From Carcharhinus longimanus (lineage: Eukaryota), in contig JASCQW010000162.1 in assembly GCA_030264375.1 (NCBI GenBank), forward strand, positions 53,438,982 through 53,502,981: a DNA stretch of 64,000 nt, written 5' to 3'. Under the pieces are notes generated by a model. The model was not told where the DNA came from. It did not search any database and saw nothing but the letters and a program-made list of their open reading frames with translations. A program made the position numbers and the translations under genes. Below, piece after piece: positions 1-12,799 of this stretch. Positions within the stretch are counted from its first letter, which is position 1. The number at the start of each line of letters is the position of its first letter.

Positions 1-300
1 ATACAGCTTACACGCCCCCCCCCAAAGATACACCTTTTACACCCTTGCTCCCGCTTTCTCTTTCTCTGCTTTCTGCGGCTTGGGAGCGATCTGACACGGG
101 TGCAGTTTTTCCATTTTTTTTCTAACTGCGCATGCACAGTTCAGAGCTCCAATCATTCTGGCCGCGCTAACCCTGCCCACAGCGCGAATCGGACTGGAGA
201 TGGCTGAGAGCATATGGGGGCGCCTGATAGTGGATTTCTAAGTCGGATCTGTACTACGCCTAGAACCAGCACTTAGAATCAAGATGGTAAAATCGGGCCC
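1..300 (-). mobile_element. End of a long GC-rich non-autonomous DNA element (same family as 48523-49723)
   Basis: Ends in gcacttagaatcaagatggtaaaatcgggccc, closely matching the reverse complement of the start of the 48.5-kb element. Confidence 0.7.
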
Positions 301-1162
301 AATGAGTTCATGACTGATCTGATAATCCTGAATTCCACTTTCCTGCCTTATGGCCATTACTCTTGATTCCCTTACTGATTAAAAATCTATCTATCTCAGT
401 GTTGAACATACTTAATGACCAAGTCTCTACAGACATCTTTGGTGCAAAGATCTGTTAGGTTCACTGCTATCTGAGAGAAGAAATTCCTCCTCATCTCCAT
501 TTTACATCTTATTCTGAGATTGTGCCCTTTGGTCCTCGACTAAATATTCAATCCCTAAAAAATTACACCACATATAACAATCAGGGCACTCCATATTTGG
601 AGTGATTTGTTTATGTGCTAAGTATAAAATGCAACCACAACATTTCTTTCAGGTTATTTATATCTGGCCAGTAAGAATATCTTACCTTCTTGCTCTACAT
701 AACTTAAGAAAGTGACCAAACTTTCCTTCATCCCCATTACTTCTGCACCAACCTCCTACCTCCCCAACCCCTGCCTCCCAAACAAACAACCCCAATGCAA
801 GCGTGTAAAATGTAGCNNNNNNNNNNNNNNNNNNNNNNNNNNNNNNNNNNNNNNNNNNNNNNNNNNNNNNNNNNNNNNNNNNNNNNNNNNNNNNNNNNNN
901 NNNNNNNNNNNNNNNNNNNNNNNNNNNNNNNNNNNNNNNNNNNNNNNNNNNNNNNNNNNNNNNNNNNNNNNNNNNNNNNNNNNNNNNNNNNNNNNNNNNN
1001 NNNCTCACTGCCCCCCCCCCCCCACCTCTGCCCCACAACCTTGAAACCTGACTGCAACAATTAAGTAATTCTGAACATTGAGTGTGGATATTCAGACTTG
1101 TGGCACATGACCCACAAATAAATATGTCAGTTCTGACAAAAGATCATCCATCTGAAAACGTC

Positions 1163-1281
1163 TGGGTTGGACATTTACGGCCTCGCTCGTCTGGAAACCG
1201 TAAAATCCCGCCTGAGGTCAACAGACCTTTCCCTTGTCCATTCCTCGCCCACTCCGATTCCTGGGACAGTAAAATTCCAGC
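1163..1281. mobile_element. ~120-bp MITE (probable Harbinger derivative)
   Basis: Imperfect TIRs gggttggacatttac ... gtaaaattccagcc and an internal aaatcccgcc-gaggtcaa motif shared with many copies in the window. Confidence 0.6.
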
Positions 1282-2461
1282 CATGGTCTCTCTTTCTCTT
1301 CATTGAGGCGCCGACACCACAGTGGCTTTGACTTAGAGCAAATGGAATGTAGAAACAGTACCTAAATTATAGGATGAATGACCACTGGCTTCTTGAAAAT
1401 GAGATGAATTTTAGTTATTAGGGTACCGTCTGATTTAACCATGGCTAATTGCCAAAAATGGGCACTTCTTAACAAATTTTCCACTTCCTGTATGATTAAT
1501 GAATGGTTGCGAAACAGATCAATTTTGGCGTTCCCATGCACTACATCTTGAATAACATTGACTGCTATTAGTAGATTGGTACAGCTGCCCTTTGCACCTG
1601 TGTATTTCAGTTTACACTCACAGTAATAGCTATATTTCACTTCCCTCTTGAAAGCAACTATTGTCATTCGTAAATCAACTGGAGTTGTGAATTGTAGGGT
1701 TTCTTTGGCTGTTTACTGGTGTAATGTACTATCGATATTTTGCTAATTGGAAGCAGTAATGTTGTTAAGAAGTCCAACATGCTGTTTCATTTTGTAACTC
1801 TGTTTTGTTTTCAGTTATAAATAGAAAATTCAATATCAACTGTACATCTTCAAAGATAAAGTAGTTCCTCCTGGATTAGGTTTGAACCATTAACAGATTT
1901 CTCTATCTCGGTGCAGACATGGTGGACTGAATGGGCTTCTTCATCACTGTAACAATTCCGTGCTTTATTCAGTAACGTGTCATACCAGCCGTCCATTCCC
2001 TCTTTTAGTTATGCCTGAGAGCATGTGCGTCATGATACTTAGCCAAAACGTTAACAATGGTCCTAATGTGATTTAGGGGACTGCACAAAGCATCTCTTTC
2101 ATATTATAGAGGCTTTCCCATTGAATCCAGAGTAATGATAGACGTATAAGTGGATTAGCTCTAGCAATGCAGTGCATTACCTTACAATCTGGCTATCTGA
2201 TTTTGGAAGGAAATAATAAAACAAGAAACAACACCTGGAGGCAGTAGTTTACCTTATCATGGACACAGCTGCAGTTAAACATTCATTTTTTTCTGTCCCT
2301 CTACTTTGGATACTGCTTCTGTGCAACTAATGGTTAAAACAAATGGAACAATCTGCCATGGACAACATTATATACAATGTGCCTGATAACAGTGCAACTG
2401 CAAAACAAAAACCCATTTAGCTCTGGCTGTCTCGTGATACACTCAGTTTCCCCTGTGCAGC

Positions 2462-2686
2462 GCCGTTCTGTCTGCCTCACTTTTCATCCCTACTCTCTTT
2501 GGCCCTGTCACTCAGGCCCCCCTAAGTCTGGCGTTCTGTTTGCCTTATGGTTAGCCCCTACTCTCTTTGCTCCAGTCACTCAGTCTCCCCTTGGCCCTGC
2601 CGTTCTGTCTGCCTCACTTTTCACCCCTACTCTCTTTGGCCCTGTCACTCAGTCTCCTCTTGGCCCTGCTGCTCTGTCTGCCTCAC
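2462..2686. repeat. Minisatellite, ~69-bp unit x ~3.3
   Basis: gccgttctgtctgcctcac...cctactctctttggccctgtcactcag recurs at ~2462, 2531, 2599 and 2668. Confidence 0.85.
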
Positions 2687-4042
2687 AGCCTGGGCCCTGG
2701 ACCTTTCCTTTACACTCTTTGCTGCTCGTCCAATCACAAACTAATTCAGCCCTGTACTTGCTGCTGGTAGGCTCACTAGTGATCCTATCAGCAAACGAAG
2801 AGAAGAGAAAGTCTGCACTTTCATCAGCAACTTTACAGCATTTTTGAAATATAAATCATTCAAATATCAAACAAGTTTGATGGGCTGCATTGAGTTGAAC
2901 AAGCCTGCTTTAAGGTGCTGGAATGGTGGTCTGGTATATTCCAGCAGCACTTCCACCAGCTGCTGCCAATCCCTCAAGGCTATCGAGCTGGCAGCAGGGG
3001 TGAAACCTTGATCAGGCAGGGATGTGGCTAACCTATTGTACTTGGGGTGTACTGATGCCTGCGATCATGTTTTGCCTGTGCTCGGATAAAGCAAGTGATC
3101 TGGGTTGCCAATGAGGTTAAACTGAGGCCATACCTGATGCAAATTTTCAAAGCCATCTGGGCCTTTTGGCTAAGCTGAAGCTCAGATCAAGCCTGGGATG
3201 ATGGTGGAATGCCTCATTTCGTCAGCTTAGATCTTGTTTGATCAAGCCCAAGATGGGATGTATGTTCTTGTCATGTCAGCTTGAATCTGGCTTGTCCCTC
3301 ATGGGGACTCTGGCTTTTTTGATTAGGAATAAAGTACCAAAAGGTACAAAGNNNNNNNNNNNNNNNNNNNNNNNNNNNNNNNNNNNNNNNNNNNNNNNNN
3401 NNNNNNNNNNNNNNNNNNNNNNNNNNNNNNNNNNNNNNNNNNNNNNNNNNNNNNNNNNNNNNNNNNNNNNNNNNNNNNNNNNNNNNNNNNNNNNNNNNNN
3501 NNNNNNNNNNNNNNNNNNNNNNNNNNNNNNNNNNNNNNNNNNNNNNNNNNNNNNNNNNNNNNNNNNNNNNNNNNNNNNNNNNNNNNNNNNNNNNNNNNNN
3601 NNNNNNNNNNNNNNNNNNNNNNNNNNNNNNNNNNNNNNNNNNNNNNNNNNNNNNNNNNNNNNNNNNNNNNNNNNNNNNNNNNNNNNNNNNNNNNNNNNNN
3701 NNNNNNNNNNNNNNNNNNNNNNNNNNNNNNNNNNNNNNNNNNNNNNNNNNNNNNNNNNNNNNNNNNNNNNNNNNNNNNNNNNNNNNNNNNNNNNNNNNNN
3801 NNNNNNNNNNNNNNNNNNNNNNNNNNNNNNNNNNNNNNNNNNNNNNNNNNNNNNNNNNNNNNNNNNNNNNNNNNNNNNNNNNNNNNNNNNNNNNNNNNNN
3901 NNNNNNNNNNNNNNNNNNNNNNNNNNNNNNNNNNNNNNNNNNNNNNNNNNNNNNNNNNNNNNNNNNNNNNNNNNNNNNNNNNNNNNNNNNNNNNNNNNNN
4001 NNNNNNNNNNNNNNNNNNNNNNNNNNNNNNNNNNNNNNNNNN

Positions 4043-5150
4043 CTTCTATAGGTCACCCCTCAACCTCCGTCATTCCAGTGAAAACAAACCAAGTTTCTCC
4101 AACCTCTCCTCATAACTGGTGCCCTCCATACCAGGTAACATCCTGATAAATCTTTTTTGTACCCTCTCCAAAGCATCTGCATCCTTCTGGTAGTGTGGCA
4201 ACCAGAATTGAATGCTATATTCCAAGTCCGACCCAACTAAGGTTCCATAAAGCTGCGACATGACTTGCCAATTTTTAAACTCAGTGCCCCAGCTGATGAA
4301 GACAAGCATGCCGTATGCCTTCTTGACTACCTCCTCCATCTGTGTTGCCACTTTCACTGATCTATATACCTGTACACCCAGATCCCTTTGCCTATCAATA
4401 CTCTTAATAGTTCTGCCATTTACTGTACATTTCCTCTTTGTATTAGACCTTCCAAAATGCATTACCTCACATTTGTCCAGAATAAATTCCATCTGCCACC
4501 TCTCTGCCCAAGTCTTCAACTGATCTATATCCTCTGATGATCCTCATCGTTATCCGTAAATCCACCAACCTTTGTGTCATCTGCAAACTTACTAATCAAT
4601 CCAGTTACATTTTCCTCCAAATCATTATATATATATATTACAAGCAGCAAAGGTCCCAGTATTGATCGCTGAAGAACACCGCTTGTCACAGCCCTCCATT
4701 CAGAAATGTATCCTTCCACTGCTACCTTCCATCTTCTTTGACCAAGCCATTTTTGTATCCACCTTGTCAGCTCACCTCTGATCCCAGGCAGCTTCACCTC
4801 CTGCACCTGGCTGCCATGAGGGACATTGTCAAAGACCTTACTGAAGTCCATGTAGNNNNNNNNNNNNNNNNNNNNNNNNNNNNNNNNNNNNNNNNNNNNN
4901 NNNNNNNNNNNNNNNNNNNNNNNNNNNNNNNNNNNNNNNNNNNNNNNNNNNNNNNGTATGGTTCTTGAGCAAATTGAAATAGGGAAGTACAAGGCATTGG
5001 AGGTGTTGGCAGCCTTAAATAAGATAAGTAAGAAATAAATTTCCAAGTCCAGATAAATTGTGTCCTAGGCTGCTGTGGGAAGTAAGGGAGGAGATTGCAG
5101 GGCTCTGACCCAAATTTTCAATTCCTCTCTGGCCATGAGGGAGATGATGA
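4043..5150 (-). mobile_element. CR1 LINE ORF2 (reverse transcriptase) fragment, decayed
   Basis: YMDFSKVFD, VTSGVLQRSILGPLL, ISKFADDTKVGG, WAERWQMEF..DKCEVMHFG, ALERVQKRFIRMLPG. Confidence 0.92.
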
Positions 5151-5159
5151 GCATCCAAC

Positions 5160-6305
5160 AGCCATTACAATCTTTCTTTCCATTAGTTGGAACCCCTTGA
5201 AGAGTTTTCCCAAACTTCCACTGGCATAAATTTGCTAGATTTCTTTGATGCAAAACTGATTCAGTCTGCCTTGATGTCAAGGATTGACACTCTCTCCTCA
5301 CCTCTGGAATTTCTCCCTTTTGTTATGGTTTTAATTGAGGCTGAAATGAGCCTCAAACTGAGCATGGGTGAGCAGGTCAGTGCAGTGTAAGTGCTAATAT
5401 GTAGCACTATCAATGACACCTTCTGTTACTTTGCTGAGTTTTGAGAGTAAACTGATGGGATGGAAATTAGTCAGATTGGATTTTCTCCTACTTTCTGCAG
5501 ATAAAACATTTTTGGGCAATTTCCACTTTGTTGGTGATGTCAGTGCTGTAGCTGTACTGGAACAGCTTGGCTAGATACATCACTGGTTATGGAGCACAAG
5601 TATTCAGCAAGACAGCCAGAGTTCTTTGAGACTCATAGTCTCAGCTGTCTCCCAAGCACTTAACCATTTCTTAATCTCACAAGGAGTGAATCAAATCAAT
5701 TGAAGACTGGCACTTGTGATGCTATGTCCTCAGAAGGAGACTAAATTGGACTTGATCCTTCTGGCTGAAGAAGGTTGGAAACACTCCAGCTTAGACTTTT
5801 GCATTGACCTGTTGGGCTCCATTGAACTTTCTCCTTCAATAAATAGTTTAATTGACCAGTACCATGTGCAGAAGCGACAGAGCTGTGGAATGTTGACCTG
5901 TTCTGTTGGTATGATTGTTTTGCCTTGTTTCTAGTGCTTCCACTGTATAGCATGCACATAGTTCTGTGTTGTAGCTTTACTCTGCACTTCATTTTTAGCT
6001 AGCCCTGGTGATACTCGCATGCTCTCCTATACTGCCCGTTGAAGTAGAGTTGGGTCCCTGGCTTCATGATCATATAGAGTGAGGGGATATGCTGTGCTAT
6101 GAGATTACGCTGCTGCTTTCAGAGGTTAGACCAGTTTTGAATCCATTCTATTTAGCACAGTGAAGGCGCAAGACAACACAATGGAGAGTGCTCATTGTGA
6201 AAATTGGACTTTGTCACCAGAAGAATCCTAGTGATTACTCCACCTGATGCTGTAATGGACTGATGTACCTACAACAGGTAGACTGTTGAATACAAGGGTA
6301 GATTT
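5160..6305 (-). mobile_element. Fragment of a second LINE family (CR1/L2-group), same family as 24410-25390
   Basis: 6210-6300 aligns by eye with 24475-24560 (gtgattactcc..atggactgatg..acaggtagactg vs gtggtcactgcc..atggactgatg..atgggtagattg). Confidence 0.6.
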
Positions 6306-6402
6306 GTGAGGGCTTAACATGCTCCATGCATTTCAATGTCACATCTGTCTGTCAGGTACTGTTTTACCAGAGCCTCTGGAACAGTAAGATAATGTGGACT
6401 AT

Positions 6403-6536
6403 GGGCCAGATTCTCTGACCTCGCCCACAGCTGGGATTTTCCAATCCCACCACAACGGATGGAGATCAGGCTGAGCACCAAAATCTCTGTTCTCATTGGC
6501 AGCAGCAACGGGACATGAATGCTGGAGAATTCCCAC
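6403..6536. mobile_element. MITE
   Basis: TIR-like ends gggccagattctctg ... ggagaattcccacc. Confidence 0.5.
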
Positions 6537-7417
6537 CAGCAGCTTGCTGTTATCCAGATTTACCTGTGGCTGTGCAGTCACAGAAGTTGCTTAGTGATAT
6601 ACTCTATAATAGCGGGGTTAGCCGAGCCACTATGTTGATTGTAAAATCAGCACCATTATTATGTCTGATTGTATATGTGATTTTCAATAAGGTTTACATG
6701 TTTTTTGAATAAGTTGGTTACAGCATGACTGCTGTCAAAGCAATAATTTTTCAAAGTCTAATCATGTGTGGGGCTGACAAGCAACTTTTGCGGGTCATTA
6801 ATTTCAAAATCAGCTTTGACAGTCGTTCCAGCTCATCAGTATTTAATGGTTTGCATTTTGACAGTAAGTGCGGTATCTTGTACAAATAGGACACTCAAAC
6901 CTGGACACTCTTGTCACTCAGAAACACATCTCCATGATTGCAAGCAGCACATAACTCTGACCTTTTCTCCCAGATAATGGATTTCAAAAAAATGAGCCGC
7001 TTCCAGTGAGAACTTGTTTCGTTGATCTGATCTGCTGGGTCAATAAGGATTCTCGCAGAGTTCTTTAAACTTTTATTTAAAGGTTGAAAGCAATTACTGC
7101 AAAAATTCCCTGTAATGAGTGCTGAGAGAACAATAAACCCTAGCCCATTATTTCCGAAGCTGCTAGCATGCAAACTCATTCTGCCTGCTCATTCAAATGA
7201 TTGCAGCATTCAGTCATTGCTAAGCATGTTGTTGAGTGGTTATATGCCTGATTAGAGGAGGAAGAATCCTCAGAAGCTGGCAGAAGTTCAAGCTCGGCTA
7301 TTTTACTTAAAGCCAAACTTCATCTTTTTTGCGAGACATAATTTGTCTGGAGCAGAGGGTGGAAGTCTTTCTAGAAGTGACTTTGACACAGGAACAACAA
7401 AATATACAAGACTATAT

Positions 7418-7505
7418 GGCAGAGAAGCAGCTGAAAGCTTTTCCAACGCAGCACTACTGGAGGCCTGGGTGCATGAGGTTGAAGGGAGGAGAGTTAGCAT
7501 CCACG
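7418..7505 (+). pseudogene. Myb/SANT-like DNA-binding protein fragment of a Harbinger transposon
   Basis: GREAAESFSNAALLEAWVHEVEGRR resembles the N-terminus of NAIF1-like Harbinger Myb proteins (RERAPRFSDAALEALVxEVxxRR). Confidence 0.55.
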
Positions 7506-7789
7506 GGGTGGGGAGTGGGGTGGTTAGGAGGCCTCAGCCAAACTCTGAGAAGATAGTACAAGCGGATAGCTGTGATGATCGGTGTCAAGGTAGCCCCAAA
7601 ATCCTATTTACTTACTAAAAGATTTTTTTTAGTGTACAAGAGTCAACAAAGCAAACACAGTTAACTCAAACAAGCACATTTTGATTGAATATGAACTATA
7701 AGTTGCACGTAAATGGCATATACAACTAAGACTGCTCTTACGATTTGGCTCAGCAGTCCACTCAAATTTTAGTGATCACACGCAGTCAT

Positions 7790-8500
7790 AAGGTCCTTCA
7801 AACTCTGTCTTGTTCGTGAAAATCCTCCTTGGAGCAGTTCTGATCTCCAGCCAACAGCTGCGCACAGCCCTCCTGAGTTTCATGAGCATGATCTCTACAA
7901 TAAAGGGCACAAGTCATGCAGAATCTACTCAACTCCTCTGGGTGTGGTAGACTTTCCAATATATCATATCAGAATAGACACACAGCACTCACAAAGTGAT
8001 GTGCATGCAATTAATTGCACTATGCACTGAGAGAAACTTGTAAACTTCATAAAGCCGCTTGGTCATTCTAGCTGGAGGGAATGAAATGTATTTAGCTCTC
8101 TTGAAATTCAGAGTTTCAATTACCTCCATCATGCAAAAATGAACACAGGACTTGGAGATATTGTAAATATCACCTGCTTCAGCCGAGAAGGAGTCAGATG
8201 CAAAATAAATCACTTTCACAGCCACTGGCAATACAGTCCTCACCTGGCTCTGAGGCTGCTGCAGGTGACAGATTTTGCTGAGGACATCCTTAGAGAAATA
8301 GAGAAGTTTTAACACATTGTTCCTCATTGAGATTTGAGGAGGAGAATTGCTCATTGAATGCCCTGGATAGGAATGGCCTCCTATTGAGAGCCCTTTTACC
8401 CCCTCCTCCTCCACCTCCTTCCGGCAACTTTCCCGGCTCTGTGTCACTCTCGCTATCATACTGTGAGCAAAGAGGGGTGCAAACTGTTGCAATCATGTCT
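7790..8500 (-). mobile_element. Decayed PIF/Harbinger (HARBI1-like) transposase
   Basis: RRPFLSRAFNEQFS..LNEEQCV, LPVAVKV..FASDSFSAEAGDIYNISKSCVHFCMMEVIETL..RAKYISFP, AINCMHITL; frameshifted. Confidence 0.85.
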
Positions 8501-8887
8501 AGGAGGAGGTGATTTCTATCAAATCCTTGAAGTTAAAACGAAGTTCTACCTCATGTGTCACGCCATTCCCTGGAGACTTAAATGATTCTAGAAACCAAAA
8601 AACACTTCTACAATCGTAACAAGAACTAGTAGAAATTAAGCAGCAATTTACATGCTGAACAGGTGTTTAGCTGTGCATGTTTAAGAGACAGTGTTGGCTA
8701 GAGTGTTGAGCTCTAAAATGGCAGTGATGGTATCATCGTAGCACTGGATGTTGATTGATGTCATGATCCACTTACTCTGCATAACTCCAGCCAACTCTCG
8801 TTTTGTTTACACTAACAACCTCACCCAAGTGGCAACCAGAACAGCCAAACATGCGCATGCATCTGGTCTGTCACTTTGAAAGCAAAT

Positions 8888-9160
8888 GGGCAGCACAGTG
8901 GCACAGTGGTTAACACTGCTGCCTCACAGCGCCAGGGACACGGGTAGGATTCCTGGCTTGGATCACTGTTTGTATAGAGTTACACGTTCTCCCTGTGTCT
9001 GCTCTGGTTTCCTCCCACAGTCTGAAGGATGTGTGGGCTAGGTGCATTGGTCTTGCTAAATTCTCCCTCAGTGTATCCAAACGGGCGCCGTAGTGTGGCA
9101 ACTGGGGGATTTTCACAGTAACTTCTTTGTAAACCTACTTGCGACACTATTAAATAAACT
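8888..9160 (+). mobile_element. tRNA-derived SINE (HE1/V-SINE type)
   Basis: ggcagcacagtggcacagtggttaacactgctgcctcacagcgccaggga head plus ttcctcccacagtc core. Confidence 0.85.
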
Positions 9161-9756
9161 TAAATGGAACTCAGAATGCTGGAAAAATGGGTATTCTGGA
9201 GCTGCGTTTTATGGCCTTTCTGTTATTGCTGAATCATACCCCACAAATTAAGTCAACTTTGATTCTGTCAACTTATCTTTTATAGATTTAGCTGATCAGT
9301 TGTTTGATTTACTTGCCGTCTGGTCCAAGTTCTAATCAAATAATACAGCAAAGCTTTTATGACACATCTTCCAAATGAGATTTATGATGATGGATGGTGC
9401 TTCAGGCATAAGTTATTACTTGTGGGAGGCTTAAAACTTGTTGAAAGATGATATAGTTGAAAGGCCCGAGGGCAGGTTACACACTTTGAAGTATGGAAAG
9501 ACATCAATGGAGGAGAAAATAATGGAAAATCCAACAAACATTAGGTGAGAAATCACTGTTCTTCATGTAAAAGGTGTAACGGAAAGTGCCAGAAGTTTGA
9601 TGTATGTATTTGCTAACATATTAGCTTGCGCCACAGATCTTTATGTGAGTGCCAAATTGGACTTAATTCACAGATAATGTCACCACTAAAGCACTGATTC
9701 TGCTAACTGGTGAAGATTTACTCGAATGTTCTGATCATTTATTTTAATTTGTCTAG

Positions 9757-10023
9757 TTCTACAGATGTTTTAAGGCACTGCTGATGTGTCAGAATTTATC
9801 CATTGGCACGAGCACCAAAAGCCTGTCTAGGACTTTCAAGAATGATCGAAGAAAGAACACCACCAGCTTCCTAAAGGCCTCTATTGCTCAACGCACATCA
9901 GTGTATAAAAGCCGGTCTGATAGCGATCAAAAAGATGCAGACAAAGAGCTTTCGTGTGAAATTACAAAGCCGCCAGTTTCTCTAGTGGTACACTACAACG
10001 ACAAACCAAATGGAAACTTCTGA
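9757..10023 (+). CDS. tmtops: Terminal coding exon of a TMT-type opsin (OPN3/TMT ciliary opsin group; subtype 1/2/3 unresolved): helix 8 and cytoplasmic tail
   Basis: Acceptor attttaatttgtctag| then phase-0 ORF FYRCFKALLMCQNLSIGTSTKSLSRTFKNDRRKNTTSFLKAS...KPPVSLVVHYNDKPNGNF*. FYRCF follows the conserved (NKQ)| splice point of TMT opsins, and the terminal SLVxHYN motif is typical of TMT tails. Upstream exons are not convincingly present in the window. Confidence 0.85.
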   Translation, partial: FYRCFKALLMCQNLSIGTSTKSLSRTFKNDRRKNTTSFLKASIAQRTSVYKSRSDSDQKDADKELSCEITKPPVSLVVHYNDKPNGNF

Positions 10024-10349
10024 TCGCAACTCCATGATACATTCACACTGCTTTGGAAGGAGGAAAATTCCCATGGAAATTATAGTAATCCACAGCTGGT
10101 GAAAGATAAGTTGCCTGTAACAACAATCAAAATAAAATAGATTTTTTGTGTGATGGTTGAACAGTACAGAGAGCAAACATATTCTTATGGATCAGTGAAT
10201 CATTTGGACATTGAGAATCTGAGCCATGGCTGGCCCTCCAATTCCATGTTAAATACTGCATGTTTCAAAGTTGCGCAATCATAATGCAATTTATTGCCCT
10301 GGCTTTCTATAAAATAATGTATAGCATGGAATAAGTTTTAGGAATATAG

Positions 10350-10800
10350 GGGACAATTCCCCCAGCCGATTGCACTGCTCTAACAAGGCCAGGAGACATA
10401 AGCAGAACCATTTAGTGGACTCCCAGCTGGGTGCCATGGCCTCCACACATCTCCAGGACCTGGATTTCAGGCGGCGTCAGCCCCACACAGGAAAGCGGTG
10501 TGGAGTTACTTTAAACATTTCAATGAGTATTTAAATATCATTGGTGGGCCCTGGGCTGAAGCCTGGGGGCCGCTAGCCTCTCCCCCACTGCCAGGAGTGG
10601 TTCACTTGAGCAAAGTTTACAACAGTTCTCCACTAACGGGGAGCTAAAGACATGACCCTGCTAGAGTGAAGGGGTGGGCCACGGAGGCCACTCAGCGGGT
10701 CTGAAGTCATGGAGGTGCCCACTAGGCATTTACAGCCTGGTAGTGCCAGACTGGCCCCCTGGAAATGTCCAAGGGGCAAAGTGGCAATGCCCAGGGGGTA
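10350..10800. mobile_element. Truncated GC-rich non-autonomous DNA element in the opsin 3' region
   Basis: Starts with TIR-like ggggacaattcccc; GC-rich body with tgccag/ctggca motifs. Confidence 0.45.
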
Positions 10801-12799
10801 GTCAGAAACATAATTACTGTTATATATAGAAAGCAGAATTGATACTGTTCTTCAAACTGAAATCAAGCACTCAAACAAGAAGCAACTGTGGAGTATCGTA
10901 TTACCATCTTCACTGACAAAATGTAATATGTAAAGCAATGTACAAACCACCTGGTTGTTGTCTCTTTGCTGACAACAAAAACTTGTTACATTAAAACAAT
11001 ATCTTTTACAAATAGCTGTGCAGAATGCTACATGTACACGTCAACTGCAGATGACTATACTTGCTTAAAACCATGACAGCCAGTACTTATTTCATGTTCC
11101 AGTCAAGAGGAAAATTATGTTTCTGACTGGTCCAGTTGCATTTTCCCCTTAGCAAATAATCTGAATTCAATTTGTTTGGAAGTCAAGCAGTTCACCAATC
11201 TGTTTTTCACTTTAGTTCTTACTTATAATCAGTCTTTAAGCACCACAGTTCCAGTCAGAAGTGAGAGCTAAATAAATCAAAAGATAAACAGATGATAATG
11301 TTAATTTGTGTGATTGTAAGCACTGTGAATTTAGTGCATTTAGAATTTATTAAATGCTATCTTTTAGTTTAATTTATTGTGAATATTCTAATGTGGGATC
11401 CTCCACTGCTCCCCTCCCCCCAGTGCAAATTTAGACAAATCCAAATGCATGAAACTGCCAACAATCATGGTTGTCATCACCCACAAAGGTTTTGACATTG
11501 ACTGCTTGAATATCAAGATTAAACCGGTTAATGCACTTTGGTCTAGAAGCCCTGACCTGAACATTTTCTCTGTGTAGCTGCAGATTGCTGAGCATAATTT
11601 TAGTATGTCTGCAATTATGCAACTGAAACCAGCAGACTCTGATTGTCACAAGGATCCAGTCTGGGGTATTCCCTGTCTGTGTGTCTCAGCATCACAACGC
11701 ACAGGGTTCTTATTGAAACAGTGTGATGGGTTAGGGTCCAGAGAAGGGCTTTGTCCAATTTTAAGCATCAGTGGAGCTAAGAGCAGCTGGAGGTTGACTT
11801 TAACTCTGCACCAACGTAATTTATTTCTCTATATCTCCTGCACACAGTTAAAGTCCTGCCTTTGACAGCCACAAGTCCAGCCACATCTTCAAATAATGAT
11901 TGAGGCACAAGAAAGGGAATTTACGGGATTAAACTTAGCTATTAATAATTCTGATTACCTTTCAGAGATGTAAACCAGGGAGTAGGACCAGATTTCCCTC
12001 GAATGGTGACTCCCTGCTGGAGCGTGCTTCCACAATGAACATTGTTAAAGGAGTGCTGGCAGGCTGGCATCCAACACTGCTCTTCCCGCAAAGACCAATG
12101 AATAGGAAGCAAGAATAAAATATTGGGCATTTATTCTTTTCTCTTCCCAGGGCAGTGAGCCCAATTGTAATAGTCCTGCCATCCTAACAGAGATCTGGTA
12201 ATACAACAAACATAAAATTGGAAATAAACTTTATGGGCTGTATACCTTAGATGTTCACAAAATAAGCCAAGAAATCACTTGTGGGGAAGAATTACTTCAC
12301 TACCTGTTGAAGGGTAAAATCACTACAAGAAAAGGCTAGTAATCCATTTACTATTTTTGCATCCGTTACCAATTCACTAACCTAATAGCATTACACTGTT
12401 GTAACAGCCATTCACACCAGCAAGATTTCCCATCCCACTGCAGTGAACGGAGATTTGCTTGGGTACCAAATTCTCTGAACTTGCTGAAGCAGGAGTGAGG
12501 CAGGAACAGCTGATAAGATCACGCCTAGTTGTATGTTCGAATTAGTCATCTTGTTACAATGTTTTCATCCTGTAAAATGTGATGAAATGCCACAATGAAT
12601 TGCATTATTTAAAAAAAGCTTTTGAGTGTCTATTGTAAAACAACATCCATTCAGTAGTTTTCATATGCTGTTAAATGGTATGTAACAACTTATATTAAAG
12701 TTAGCTTTCGCGGATTTAATCTTCTAAATGCCTTTCTTAAATACTTAGCAAAATTCCAGCAATTCAAAGCTTCAATGAATCAGAGAAGTCAACATGCAA

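Noticed and set aside
2377-2847. 156-aa ORF
   Set aside because: Explained by the 69-bp minisatellite; no recognisable domain or splice context.
8888-9160. tRNA genes at SINE heads; CRISPR-like arrays among the short repeats
   Set aside because: The heads continue into SINE core and tail with no full cloverleaf; the repeats are dispersed eukaryotic transposons with no repeat-spacer periodicity.
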